This document shows positions 1 to 10,397 of a DNA stretch of 64,000 nt, piece after piece; position 1 is the first letter of the stretch, and each line of letters begins with the position of its first letter. Made by a program: the position numbers and the translations under genes. The notes beneath the pieces were generated by a model. That model saw only the letters and a list, made by a program, of their open reading frames with translations, was not told where the DNA came from and did not search any database. The stretch is from a virus (lineage: Duplodnaviria; Heunggongvirae; Uroviricota; Caudoviricetes), in the IMG/VR virus record IMGVR_UViG_3300026549_000060, positions 1 through 64,000 of that record. One strand, given 5' to 3'.

Positions 1-1926
1 TCCAATTACCCCAAAGAACATCTCCGCCATTGGTAAATCTAACAATAGGATTCAGCTCATCATCTTTAAATTGGTCTCTATAACCACCCTGTAAGAGATA
101 TCTATACTGCTGAATACTTGTAGACACTGCGCCTCTACGTAAACCAGCAAATGCCCAGAATATATCATAATCTCTGGCTGTTCTGACCATTAAATCAGTA
201 ACATGATATATAGGAGTCATCCAAATATTCTTACCAGTATAGGCATCGTAGATCTTAGTATAAGGCTCATATAATGCAGCTCTATAATTACTCCAGTTAT
301 GATCAGTTAATCTCTTAGTAATAGCGTCCTTAGCATTTTTATTACCACTTTCAGTATAGATACCATTATCAAGAATACCAAAGCAGGTATCTCTCTTATT
401 GCACAATTCTATAATAGCATCTTTAACTGCAGTTGGATAACCTGCATCAAACACTACGCTGATATCAAAGTCCTCAGTATCAGTAATGAATCCATTTGAT
501 AAAGCTTCCTCAGAACTTACATCTACTTCAGGATTAGTAAGCACACCTGTGTAAGCCTTAATCATAGGACCCGTCATTTTATTCCAGTCTAAAGCACCTG
601 ATTTAGTATAGATAGCACCATCAGAACCACCAGATAAATATTCAATATCAGCCATAGCTAATTCATCATAGCTATTAGAAACTACTGTAATATTACCATC
701 AGCATCCTCTTCTTCTGTATCTTCACTAATCATTATATTATCATTAACTTTGCATCTAAGATACTCAGAATATCTATCAAGAACATCTTCAATAAATAAA
801 GAAGCACCAGAAGAATCTGTGGCATTTCTATCAAAAGAAACAATAAATGATTCAACTAATGAAGGATAAGCTGAATCTTTACTCTTAGTATAGATATCAA
901 GAACAAAAGCGCCATCATAAGACTTTCTAGCCTTAGTAATCTTATAACCAATATTATTATAGTATTCTCCTCTACCATAAGGATAAAGAACCATATCAAC
1001 AGTCCCATTACTAAGTGGATAGTCCATTTCGGCAACTGAATGGAACTCACTTAACTCTGAATCAACAAAGCTATAATTATTAGTAGTTTCTGTAGTTTCA
1101 ACAATAGTTATAGCTTTAGCTTCAGAATCATCAATAGAAGTTTCAGGATCAGTTGAATCATATTCAATTACATCAAAATTAGCTGTAGATGAATATGCCT
1201 GAGAAAGATCTTCAAAAACTGAATTACTAACCTGAATAACCTCAGTATTAACAAAATTACCAGCAAAGGATTTACCAGTAAATTTAAATCCAACCATTTC
1301 AACACTGGATGAAGAAGGATTCATTGAAGTTACAACAGTTTCTCCGCCAGCTCTATCAGAACCAGTTGATTTTTCAGATTCAGATCTAGCTCCATATAAC
1401 TTAACTGTAGGATCAATAGTATAATTGATACTAACAGCTTCAGGAATAATTAATGAGCTACCTTCATTTTCAGAAATAATTTCATCTAAACTCTTTGAAG
1501 CTAAATCTTCCTGAGAAACTAACACACCCTTAGTAGTATCAACTTCCTTAATTTCAGTTTTATTACCAGCTTCATCAACTTCATATCTGGTAACAACTGT
1601 AGTAGGATTAGCTGAAAGCTTTAAAGCCTTAAATGCATAAGTTGCATCATCAGGAAGAACTCTCATAACATAAAGATTACTAAGAGTCTTTAAATACTGA
1701 AGGGCAACATATCCGCCTTGGCCAAATCTGGAGCTATCAGGGCTACCATAAGTTCTGATAAAATCAGATGCTGAAGTTGTTAATCTGGGGGTGTTATCAG
1801 GACCCTTTTCACTATTAATGCAAATAAAACCAATAAGATTACTTGATAATGCCTCTACATACTGAGAATTATCAACTATCTTAACTCTAACACCAGGCCA
1901 GCCACTACTTATACTAGAAGCCATGG
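1..1926 (-). CDS. Phage contractile tail sheath protein, partial. The C-terminus runs off the window start; the start codon is at 1926.
   Basis: Manual translation of the minus strand from the ATG at 1924-1926 gives MASSISSGWPGVRVKIVDNSQ..., at least 640 aa with no stop. The N-terminal PGV(Y/R)V..D motif and Ser/Thr/Asp-rich composition are typical of sheath proteins. An RBS (aaggagatgg) precedes the ATG. Confidence 0.55.
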
Positions 1927-1970
1927 TCTATACCATCTCCTTGTAAATAAATGTTTGCTGCTAAATATAA

Positions 1971-2016
1971 AAAAGTCTCTTCCACAACATGTAAAATATT
2001 AATGGAAGAGACTTTT
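1971..2016 (-). terminator. Rho-independent terminator for the upstream minus-strand gene: a 14-bp perfect inverted repeat with an 18-nt loop.
   Basis: aaaagtctcttcca...tggaagagactttt, followed on the minus strand by a T-rich tract. Confidence 0.5.
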
Positions 2017-2021
2017 TAAAC

Positions 2022-3050
2022 TTAAGTTAATAAAGCAATACCCCTTGCAGCTAACATTTGTAAATCTTCTACAGATTTCAACTTTTTATATTCATAAACA
2101 CCACATCCAAGAGTTACTGCTAATACTTCAGAGGTATTATATAATTCTGAAAAAGGAGGACATGGGTATTTATGTTTAACTCCTTCATCACTATCATCAA
2201 CCATTATACCCATATAAGGCGCAGTATGATAATATGCACTAGTTAAACTTCTTAAATTTAAACAATTAAAATCTTGAATATCCATAAAATGAGAATCATG
2301 TCTCAATACTAAAGTAGTATTATTTCTAAAGCATCTGTTAAAATCTTGTAAGAATTTGATATAGAATTTATCATAATATTCTAGCTCAAATTGGGATAAT
2401 CCTGATTCTGATAGTTTCATTTTAATTTGATCTTTCAATTGATTAAACATAAAGTCTAATTTCTTTTCTTGATCTTCACTAAAATGTAAACCTTTATTAG
2501 CTACTGCTTCATAGTATTGAAGTATGATTTGAAGATATGGCCTATAAAAAAGTTCTGCAAATTGTTTAGCTGTAACGGTATTAACTCTATTAGAAAAAAT
2601 ATTTTTATCTTTTGGATCTTTAAAAGTATAAAATAACATATAAAAGAATTGTTTATACCAATTTAAAGTAATTGGATTTTTAGCTAAGATACCTCTATTA
2701 TGAATATTATAAGAATGAATAGCATAATATAATAAGCCAGATAATATATCTGCATATTCTTTCTTAAATATAGATTTAAAGTTATCTTTTTCAGTATTAA
2801 AGATATTCATCTTTTTAACTATAGGAGTAGTTATGTCTATAAAACTATAATTAATATATATTTTATTATTCTCTTTATCATAAACTACCGGTAAGTTTCT
2901 TTTCATAAAGTTAAAATGCTTAACTTGAATACCTTTATCTAATTGAGCATTTATAGACTCACACAATACTGGTACTAAAAAATCAAATTCTCCAAACTTA
3001 GTAACTATATCTTCTATATGCTTATACGCATCAAATAAAAACTTGATCAT
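2022..3050 (-). CDS. hypothetical protein (342 aa)
   Basis: Long ORF in the AT-rich coding context. No recognisable motifs. Confidence 0.5.
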   Translation of the reverse strand: MIKFLFDAYKHIEDIVTKFGEFDFLVPVLCESINAQLDKGIQVKHFNFMKRNLPVVYDKENNKIYINYSFIDITTPIVKKMNIFNTEKDNFKSIFKKEYADILSGLLYYAIHSYNIHNRGILAKNPITLNWYKQFFYMLFYTFKDPKDKNIFSNRVNTVTAKQFAELFYRPYLQIILQYYEAVANKGLHFSEDQEKKLDFMFNQLKDQIKMKLSESGLSQFELEYYDKFYIKFLQDFNRCFRNNTTLVLRHDSHFMDIQDFNCLNLRSLTSAYYHTAPYMGIMVDDSDEGVKHKYPCPPFSELYNTSEVLAVTLGCGVYEYKKLKSVEDLQMLAARGIALLT

Positions 3051-3327
3051 TAGTATATAATCTCCTCTCTATAATGTATAATATAGGGAGACTACTTTCT
3101 GTGTTAGTATACCCTAAGATTTGTTCAAAATTTTTTAAGAATTAGTTTTGTACCAAATACTAAAAATAATCCAGTCACTAGAATTAACTGTATTTATCTA
3201 ATAGGTTAAAATTTGTATGTATATAATACTATTCGGGAACAGATGGGTCTCAATTCACTATAAAGTGAATCTCCCACAGGAATTCCCAGGCCAAGTCCAT
3301 GGGGCCAGAAACATATCACTGGAGGTG

Positions 3328-3789
3328 ATGACCATGGAAGTGGAACGCAAGTTCCTCATTGAGGGAGCAGTGCCCTTCTCCCTCAATGTGATTAAGGAGT
3401 ACGAAATCCTACAGGGTTACGTGCTCCTAGAGGGCAAAAACGAAGCGCGGGTTCGCCGCCGCACTTCGAATGATGGTGAGGAATTCTTCCTTACCATCAA
3501 GGCTGGCACCGGCCTGTGTCGAGCGGAAGTCGAGGTGCCAATCACCTCCGCGCAATTTAAGGAGCTAATTAGTGTGGCTGGCGACCGCACCATCAGCAAA
3601 ACTCGCTACCTGACTGCCGAAGGGTATGAGGTAGACCTGTACCATGGTCGCCTCAACCACCTCAAAGTGGTCGAGGTAGAATTCGGCTCTGAGGCCGAGG
3701 CACAGAAGTTCGTGCCTCCGGCCTGGTTCGGGGCCGAGGTGACTGAGGACAAGCGGTATAAAAACCGAGCCCTGGCAATCCAGGGCTAA
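3328..3789 (+). CDS. CYTH-domain protein (triphosphate tunnel metalloenzyme, CyaB/ThTPase-like), in a GC-rich islet
   Basis: The N-terminal EVERKFLIEG matches the CYTH ExExK signature. An RBS (ggaggtg) sits directly upstream of the ATG at 3328. Local GC is about 55%, versus about 30% in the surrounding genome. Confidence 0.65.
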   Translation: MTMEVERKFLIEGAVPFSLNVIKEYEILQGYVLLEGKNEARVRRRTSNDGEEFFLTIKAGTGLCRAEVEVPITSAQFKELISVAGDRTISKTRYLTAEGYEVDLYHGRLNHLKVVEVEFGSEAEAQKFVPPAWFGAEVTEDKRYKNRALAIQG

Positions 3790-3871
3790 CTCAGTCTAGT
3801 TTAATTCCCCTTCCTATGCTCGGGGAGGGGGATTGTTTTTACCCCCACTTAGGGGGAGAAAGGAGGCCATC

Positions 3872-4450
3872 ATGAAGATGGTCAAAATCGCCCTCACAGG
3901 TGGTCCTTGTGGGGGAAAGAGCAGTGCCATGGAGTACCTTCGGGATAGACTCCATGGCTGGACCGTAGTTGTCGCACCAGAGGCAGCCACGGAGGTTATC
4001 CTGGAAGGGAACTCTCCTGGAACGTTCTCATTCCAGAAGAAGGTGTTCCAGCGCCAGCTTCTGCTTGAGCACCGTGCAATAGAGGAGGCCGCACAGTATG
4101 ACCGTTCGGTTGTGCTGTGCGACCGCTCCCTCCTGGACCAGATGGCGTATGTTACGTCAGATGAGTTCCGGGAACTCCTTACGATGAGCAACCTTTCGAT
4201 GGATGAGGTTGTTCGTCGTTATAACGGTTTCATCCATCTAGTATCCGCAGCGGTTGGCACTAACTGTTACACTACCGCTAACAACCCTGCTAGGAAGGGT
4301 AATGCGGAAAATGCCATTCGACTGGAACACAAGACTCGAATGGCTTACCACGATGTGCCCGGTGTCATCGTGGTGGATAATTCCACCGGGTTTGAGGGCA
4401 AGCTGGCGCGAGTCCTCAAAGCTGTACAGGAGATTATCTCCCGCTCCTAG
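3872..4450 (+). CDS. P-loop nucleotide kinase/ATPase (AAA_28 / NadR-RNK-like), in the same GC-rich islet
   Basis: Walker A motif IALTGGPCGGKSS. An RBS (aaaggagg) precedes the MKMVK start. GC-rich. Confidence 0.55.
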   Translation: MKMVKIALTGGPCGGKSSAMEYLRDRLHGWTVVVAPEAATEVILEGNSPGTFSFQKKVFQRQLLLEHRAIEEAAQYDRSVVLCDRSLLDQMAYVTSDEFRELLTMSNLSMDEVVRRYNGFIHLVSAAVGTNCYTTANNPARKGNAENAIRLEHKTRMAYHDVPGVIVVDNSTGFEGKLARVLKAVQEIISRS

Positions 4451-4463
4451 TACAGCAAAGAAA

Positions 4464-4502
4464 AAAGAGTAACCCTCCATTATGGTTGCTCTTTTTCTTT
4501 TT
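4464..4502 (+). terminator. Rho-independent terminator ending the GC-rich islet
   Basis: Hairpin gagtaacc/ggttgctc followed by tttttcttttt. Confidence 0.55.
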
Positions 4503-4507
4503 GGTTC

Positions 4508-4535
4508 TTGACAGCATAAATCCCTATGCTATAAT
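4508..4535 (+). promoter_or_regulatory. Consensus sigma70-type promoter, TTGACA-N16-TATAAT
   Basis: ttgaca at 4508-4513 and tataat at 4530-4535. It precedes the small plus-strand genes. Confidence 0.55.
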
Positions 4536-4557
4536 CATTTCATACCTTAGGGAGGTG

Positions 4558-4764
4558 ATGCAAATGTTTTATGAACTTTGGTGTAATGATGGTGATTATT
4601 ATCATCTTACTGAAAAGGCTAAACGTGAGCTTGATCAGTATTTAAAAGAAAATAATGTTGCATATAAAAATATCGGTATTGATGTATCTCCAGTTAAACT
4701 TTTCGATCACATTCCAAACATTATCGATTTCTATATTGAGGAATATAAAAATGCGAGAAGATGA
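4558..4764 (+). CDS. hypothetical small protein (68 aa)
   Basis: RBS gggaggtg followed by an ATG at 4558. Confidence 0.4.
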   Translation: MQMFYELWCNDGDYYHLTEKAKRELDQYLKENNVAYKNIGIDVSPVKLFDHIPNIIDFYIEEYKNARR

Positions 4765-4948
4765 CTACATAGAAAAAGGAGTTCAGGTTAAATTTTTATG
4801 GTACGATGGTACTAAATATATACCAATGAAAGATCTTGCATGGATGCATTTCAGCAAGGATCTAAATTGTAATGTATACCATACCATGGCATTCGGATGG
4901 CTTACCGAAAATGAAGTTATTTCTTGGAAAGAAATAGAAACCTCTTGA
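4750..4948 (+). CDS. hypothetical small protein
   Basis: ORF overlapping the stop of the previous gene. Starts MREDDY. Confidence 0.35.
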
Positions 4949-5005
4949 CCAACTGAAAATGACGTGGTAAAATATTAGCTAATGATGGAAGGAGGTAGAC
5001 TTCGT

Positions 5006-5368
5006 ATGAAAACTACTAAAACAGTATCTGTAGTTACTACTATTGAAGATGAATACAAATTTTCTCTTTGTAATTTAGCCGTTGGATTTAAGCAATTGTT
5101 TTTTATTGATACCACCGGTTATATTGCAGACAAAGAATATTTTAATTCAATGTATGAGCAACTTAATGAGACTAATAAAGATGTTCTAATATCTACAATT
5201 TGTACAATTTTTGATAACTTCTACCATAAGGTAGATATTGACAATTATACTGCTCAAACAGATTATATAGTAGGCCAAGCAATCAAGATTGTGTGTATTT
5301 CTCCAGATATGGTATCTATGCCTGTTATTCACATAACTATAAAAACATATACTACTGAGGAAAAATAG
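5006..5368 (+). CDS. hypothetical protein
   Basis: RBS ggaggtag 8 nt upstream of an ATG. Confidence 0.4.
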   Translation: MKTTKTVSVVTTIEDEYKFSLCNLAVGFKQLFFIDTTGYIADKEYFNSMYEQLNETNKDVLISTICTIFDNFYHKVDIDNYTAQTDYIVGQAIKIVCISPDMVSMPVIHITIKTYTTEEK

Positions 5369-5512
5369 ATGGACTATTTAAGTATGTTTTTAAAGTTTTT
5401 TATTAGCTCTTTTGGGATAGTATTAGGTGGTTTATGCGCAACTATCCTAGTTTTAAAATGCGTAGATTGGTTTTGTCTATATTTAAACTATCGGGATAAG
5501 AGGTAAGCTACA

Positions 5513-5818
5513 ATGAAATCTAATCAGATGAATTTCTTTTTATTCACTCTATTGGAAGATATTGACGGTATCAATCCTATGCCAGAATATTATAAAAATA
5601 TGTGGAATGAGTTCAAACAGCTTTTAACTCAAGAAGAACTGGAAAAGGTATATCTATTTATAAGTACTGCTCCTCTGCATGATTTTCATAATTTTGATTT
5701 TAGTAAAATGACTTTACAAGTAAAACTTTATACTGTAAGAGTATCTACATATGATGTTTTGGAACACGTAACTTTTAGTTATATTCTTCATGAAGAAGAA
5801 TCAGAACAATATGCTTAA
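5513..5818 (+). CDS. hypothetical protein
   Basis: ORF in a co-directional cassette. Confidence 0.4.
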   Translation: MKSNQMNFFLFTLLEDIDGINPMPEYYKNMWNEFKQLLTQEELEKVYLFISTAPLHDFHNFDFSKMTLQVKLYTVRVSTYDVLEHVTFSYILHEEESEQYA

Positions 5819-5829
5819 GGAGGAAAAAA

Positions 5830-6119
5830 TGATGTCATGGTTTATTAATGGATTTGGACTAGTGTTTGGTATATGCCTTGCAGTATTTGTGTTTTTATGG
5901 TTGATGTGTTTTATCAAGTATTTTAGTGAAAAGAAAGCTGAAAAGGAAAATAAAGATTCTAATGTGATTATTAGTGATGATGTGTTTGTTACAAAAGTTA
6001 ATGATTGCAGTATCATTAACGTTGGGAAGAATACTATTGTAATAGATCGCACTGGCGGTATAACTATTAATAACAAACCGTTTAAGCCTGAGGAAGAAAA
6101 ACATGACCTGGTTTGTTAA
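5830..6119 (+). CDS. small single-pass membrane protein, paralogue A
   Basis: N-terminal TM (SWFINGFGLVFGICLAVFVFLWLM) and a C-terminal ...IDRTGGITINNKPFKPEEEK. RBS aaggagg. Confidence 0.5.
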
Positions 6120-6393
6120 TGGCCTTGAGTTAGTGCTTGGGATTGGTTTTGGCATATTTATAATATTATTTTTAATGGCAGTTATTGTTCAATTTGGAGA
6201 AGAACGAGAATTAAAAAAGTTAGGAACTAAAGTGTATAGTGATGACCATAGTATTTACATTAATCAAGATGTTTGTGTAAAGAATTTAAAAGGTTGTACA
6301 TTTATTAAAGTTAAAAATAACTCTATTGTAGTTGATTCAAATGGTAATATTAGTATTAACAATAAACCTATTAATATTGAGGAGGAAAAGTAA
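6103..6393 (+). CDS. small single-pass membrane protein, paralogue B. A tandem duplicate of 5830..6119.
   Basis: TWFVNGLELVLGIGFGIFIILFLM ... VDSNGNISINNKPINIEEEK. Same architecture as its neighbour. Confidence 0.5.
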   Translation: MTWFVNGLELVLGIGFGIFIILFLMAVIVQFGEERELKKLGTKVYSDDHSIYINQDVCVKNLKGCTFIKVKNNSIVVDSNGNISINNKPINIEEEK

Positions 6394-6394
6394 T

Positions 6395-6742
6395 ATGTTT
6401 AACTATGATCCTGAGTCGATGAAGATTAAGATTTGCAAGGAGTGTAAGGGTACTGGTAAGAGTGAAGGTGGAGAAGTTTGTGCTAACTGCAAAGGTACTG
6501 GTAGAATTGTAGTTAGAACTAATGCTTCTGAATATCAGATTAGTGATATTGTAAATAATGTTGTTGATTTTGATAAAGATATTATGAAAGTTAAACTGTG
6601 TAAGAGTTGTAAGGGACTTGGATTTATGTTTGATAATACTGGTAATAAAATCCCTTGTATTGATTGTGAAGGTACTGGTAGAATCATTAAGTGTGATCCT
6701 AAGACTGAACTACTGATGAGTGAAATTGAGGAGTTTAATTAA
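6395..6742 (+). CDS. DnaJ-type zinc-finger (CxxCxGxG repeat) protein
   Basis: Four CxxCxGxG motifs (CKECKGTGK, CANCKGTGR, CKSCKGLGF, CIDCEGTGR). RBS gaggagg. Confidence 0.55.
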   Translation: MFNYDPESMKIKICKECKGTGKSEGGEVCANCKGTGRIVVRTNASEYQISDIVNNVVDFDKDIMKVKLCKSCKGLGFMFDNTGNKIPCIDCEGTGRIIKCDPKTELLMSEIEEFN

Positions 6743-6745
6743 AAT

Positions 6746-7291
6746 ATGAATGACACTGAATCAACTGCATACTGGGTACCTCCTGCTGTAGGAGACTGTA
6801 CTTATGCAATACAAATTAATGATGAATATAAATCAGCGTTAAAAAAAGATTTTACCTGTAATGAAGAATTCAAAGCGTATAAAGAGTATGTTGATACTAG
6901 ATTAAGTAATCTAAAAGAGGCTATCAATAACCTTCGGTTTTCTAGTTCTAAAGATCATAATAAAGGAGAAATTCATATGATGAAAAAGATTAAACCTGTG
7001 TTGGTATATGGTTTTGCTATCTTTGGTCTGTTTACAGCTGTTAATAATGCAATTCTTATTCCATACAAAGATGATATTTCAAAAGCATATACTTATCTGT
7101 CTGAGTCATTTACAGTAAACTTCCTTGGTGTAAAATATCATTCTGAAAACTGGAATACGTATTCTCCTAAACTTAAGGCTAAGGTCTGGGAAAATCTTAA
7201 CACAGAGGATCGGATTAAGCTTACTGATAAACTTAATACTTATGCTCAGAAAAGCCACGAACTTAGCGATTTTGAAAAGACCTTTAAATAA
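6746..7291 (+). CDS. hypothetical membrane protein
   Basis: ORF with an internal hydrophobic segment. Confidence 0.4.
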   Translation: MNDTESTAYWVPPAVGDCTYAIQINDEYKSALKKDFTCNEEFKAYKEYVDTRLSNLKEAINNLRFSSSKDHNKGEIHMMKKIKPVLVYGFAIFGLFTAVNNAILIPYKDDISKAYTYLSESFTVNFLGVKYHSENWNTYSPKLKAKVWENLNTEDRIKLTDKLNTYAQKSHELSDFEKTFK

Positions 7292-7299
7292 CACACATT

Positions 7300-7360
7300 A
7301 AAAATAAAACTACCCTTTCCTAGATTTTATTCTAGGTTAGGGTAGTTTTATTTTATATTT
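7300..7360. terminator. Bidirectional rho-independent terminator between convergent gene blocks
   Basis: Perfect 11-bp stem aaaactaccct/agggtagtttt with an inner palindrome, flanked by A- and T-runs. Confidence 0.6.
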
Positions 7361-8381
7361 TATCAAATACAGTGTTTACATAAACATCCAAATCAACATC
7401 TTCTGAAAAACCTAAAAAGCTAGTATTAAACAAAGATCCAAGAGAAGTTTTAGCTCTATCAATATCTCTAGGGGTAGGTCTATAGTTCCATACTCTAGAT
7501 ACTGCATTTTTAGTATTAGCTAACAATGAGTCTAAAATGCCAGGTTTTTGAAGTTCTATAGTTTTTCCGTAGGCTACCTGTGTAACAGCAATACTTGTTG
7601 GATTTCTCATGCAAAAACAAACAAAAAAGCATAGTATTAGTACAAAAAATGAGAATATTGGATGCTTTTTTATACCTTTATAAACATCCTTAATTATATC
7701 ACCTACAAACTTAAATCCTTTCCTTATAGTTCTTCCAACAAATTCAAAAATACCACCAAATATACCTTCTGAAAGTAGCCCTAATTTCTGATTATATATT
7801 AAATGCTCTGTAAAATTATAAAAATCAACAACTAATTTATTCCCTCTATTTATATCTTCACTATACCTATCATAACTATCAAATTTATCTTCTTCATTAT
7901 CCCCGCCTAAAAGACCTTTAAAAACTTTATAAAATGCTATAAGAACTAATGCAGAAAGCAATCCGCAAGCAATAGCATTTCCATAGGTTATTCCAGTAAA
8001 TCCTGGTATACCACTCTCAAGTCCAGGAATTTTTCCAAGCATAGTACTTAACCACTTATATACAGATGCAATAATTCCACCAATTCCTTTTCCTATTTTA
8101 TTAAATATACCTCCCTCTTTAAATAGACTTTTAATCCATTTACAGAAGTTATCAAAAGTTAATTCTATATTTCCAAATATTCCTTCTTTAACAGCTTCTG
8201 TTGCAAATTTTGGATCTGTTTGACCCGTTTTTCCAGTAAAAGTTCCCATTATAAATCTGTATATAGGATCTATAATATTCTTAGTTAAATGAAATCCTTC
8301 TGGAGATGCAGCGCCAGAATTAGACGCTGCACTACTAAGTGCTCGAAATAATCCTACTCCTTCTTCCTTTAAATTTCTCAC
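7353..8381 (-). CDS. hypothetical Gly-rich protein with a hydrophobic segment
   Basis: 342-aa ORF. Confidence 0.45.
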   Translation of the reverse strand: MRNLKEEGVGLFRALSSAASNSGAASPEGFHLTKNIIDPIYRFIMGTFTGKTGQTDPKFATEAVKEGIFGNIELTFDNFCKWIKSLFKEGGIFNKIGKGIGGIIASVYKWLSTMLGKIPGLESGIPGFTGITYGNAIACGLLSALVLIAFYKVFKGLLGGDNEEDKFDSYDRYSEDINRGNKLVVDFYNFTEHLIYNQKLGLLSEGIFGGIFEFVGRTIRKGFKFVGDIIKDVYKGIKKHPIFSFFVLILCFFVCFCMRNPTSIAVTQVAYGKTIELQKPGILDSLLANTKNAVSRVWNYRPTPRDIDRAKTSLGSLFNTSFLGFSEDVDLDVYVNTVFDKI

Positions 8382-9763
8382 TTTATAATCACATCCACTC
8401 TATTAGGTTTATCACCATAAGTAGGATAAATACTGTTCATAGTTTTTCCTATAACAGAACCATTAACATTCATAGGATCAAACTGAGATATTACTTTAAA
8501 CATACCATCTTTACCAGCAATTAATAACCCACCATGCTCCAAATTATAACTAGAGTAATAAGGAACATTTTTAATCTGGCCTATAACTGCAACAGGAATC
8601 TTATGCTTTTCTTTAAACTCTTTTTCAAAATCAGTACTACCGCCTAATATATGAGCAGGATGATAAGATACACATCCTATGACTGAGGGGTCTCCTTCAT
8701 CTGAAGAAAACACTGCATTACCATTATGAATACAGATACACGTACCTTCTTCAGGCATTTCTTCAATAGAACTATCAGCTGTGAAGTATTCAGCAACATC
8801 AGCACACCAGAGAGCTCCAGTAATACCTCTGCTATTAATTTCTACTTTAGTACCAGATTGAGCTTCACTATTATAGGATTTAGAAGGATCCTGGCCGCCA
8901 ATAGAAATTCTAAATACATCTTTACTAACATCGATATATGCATAATTACTAGTAGCAGCCATAGTTAATCCACCCTTATTCTCAACTGAACCATCATCAT
9001 CAACAGTACAATCAGTTAATTTAAGATATGGATCTCCTTTTGCAATATCAATGTTCTCAATAACAGTTCCAAATAAAGAAGAATCGTTATTAGCATTCTT
9101 TCTGACAAAGTAATCATTATGTGCATCATGATGTTTATTATAAACAAGATCATCCACATAACCTTTATTAGTAATATCATTATCATCTACTGGATATGCA
9201 TCAATTTTAATATTAGAACTGGCAACATTTTTACCATCTAATCTTAAATAAGTAGTATTAGCCCAAGTAGGTGTATTTTCAACATCTCTTCTAAGATCTT
9301 CTAAATTACCATCTTCCCACCAATCATCTAATACACTTTGAGCTGGAGTTCCGGTCCAATTGTCAGTATTAAATTTATAAAGTCTTAACTGATTACTAGG
9401 AGTCCAGTTTTCAGCTCTGATTACTTTAATATAAGCAATTGGAACAGGCTGGATATTTCTATAAGTATACTCTAATACGATATAATATTCAGCAGCATTA
9501 GTAGGAGTTTCACAAAGTTCTAATACTGAATCAGCAGTCATTTCAATAACCATGTATTGAACGTATGCTGTACCAATAGATACTGTAGCTAAGATTTTAT
9601 GTAAAGATGCATCAGGTTTAATACTAATATCAAACCCATTAACATACATCTTAAAATTACCAAAAGTTTTAAGTAATTTATTATGGTTATCAGATGTAAC
9701 TGGAGAATGCGGATCTATATTACGTTCCTGGATTGCATCCCAATCAGTAGTAATTACTGCCAT
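8378..9763 (-). CDS. hypothetical protein, possibly virion structural (fibre/baseplate-like)
   Basis: 461-aa ORF with ATGA overlap to the downstream gene. No motifs recognised. Confidence 0.4.
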   Translation of the reverse strand: MAVITTDWDAIQERNIDPHSPVTSDNHNKLLKTFGNFKMYVNGFDISIKPDASLHKILATVSIGTAYVQYMVIEMTADSVLELCETPTNAAEYYIVLEYTYRNIQPVPIAYIKVIRAENWTPSNQLRLYKFNTDNWTGTPAQSVLDDWWEDGNLEDLRRDVENTPTWANTTYLRLDGKNVASSNIKIDAYPVDDNDITNKGYVDDLVYNKHHDAHNDYFVRKNANNDSSLFGTVIENIDIAKGDPYLKLTDCTVDDDGSVENKGGLTMAATSNYAYIDVSKDVFRISIGGQDPSKSYNSEAQSGTKVEINSRGITGALWCADVAEYFTADSSIEEMPEEGTCICIHNGNAVFSSDEGDPSVIGCVSYHPAHILGGSTDFEKEFKEKHKIPVAVIGQIKNVPYYSSYNLEHGGLLIAGKDGMFKVISQFDPMNVNGSVIGKTMNSIYPTYGDKPNRVDVIIK

Positions 9764-9777
9764 TATCTCACCTCTTT

Positions 9778-10368
9778 TTAAAACTTAAAGAACCATTCTA
9801 TAGAGACTTTCTGATAGATGCTCTTATAATAAGTAGGAAATGTTACATGTGAGAACATTACGAAATTAGTATTATCATATGATGTAGTTTCTCCAATAAA
9901 CATACCTGCTTCATTAACATATTTATCAGTTAAATCTTTATAGTCTAAAGTCATAGTTAATTTAGCTGTAAGATTAGAAGGAAATGATACTGAATCAATT
10001 AACTTAAATCTATTATCTACTGAGCAATACTGTCCGCCAGTATTACCAAATACTTCTGGATTAAATAAGTTATCATCAGTATCAGTAGGCCATATAGGAA
10101 TAAATGGTGCATCAACAGCACATCCCCCACTACCCATACTAAACCATCCTGGGGTCCAAGTATAAGAATTAATATCTTGAGTTAAAGGCATTCCAAACAT
10201 CTTCTGCATTAACCAAGATCTTCCATTAATAACTATATGATTATCTTTATCAACTATAACTTTTCCGGTATCTACTTCTTTCATAGTAAAATGTCCTTTT
10301 ATACCAAAAGAATCATTTACTTTAACATTATCTGTAAAAGATAATAGTTTCTTTTTATTAAAATTCAA
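9778..10368 (-). CDS. hypothetical protein
   Basis: ORF. Confidence 0.45.
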   Translation of the reverse strand: MNFNKKKLLSFTDNVKVNDSFGIKGHFTMKEVDTGKVIVDKDNHIVINGRSWLMQKMFGMPLTQDINSYTWTPGWFSMGSGGCAVDAPFIPIWPTDTDDNLFNPEVFGNTGGQYCSVDNRFKLIDSVSFPSNLTAKLTMTLDYKDLTDKYVNEAGMFIGETTSYDNTNFVMFSHVTFPTYYKSIYQKVSIEWFFKF

Positions 10369-10397
10369 AGGAAGCTTTCCCTCCTCTTTCTATTATA

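Noticed and set aside
3417-4480. Antisense ORFs 3417..3599, 3814..4191, 4238..4480 and 4254..4472
   Set aside because: Artefacts of the 55% GC islet (few stop codons). The sense CYTH and kinase ORFs have RBSs and recognisable motifs.
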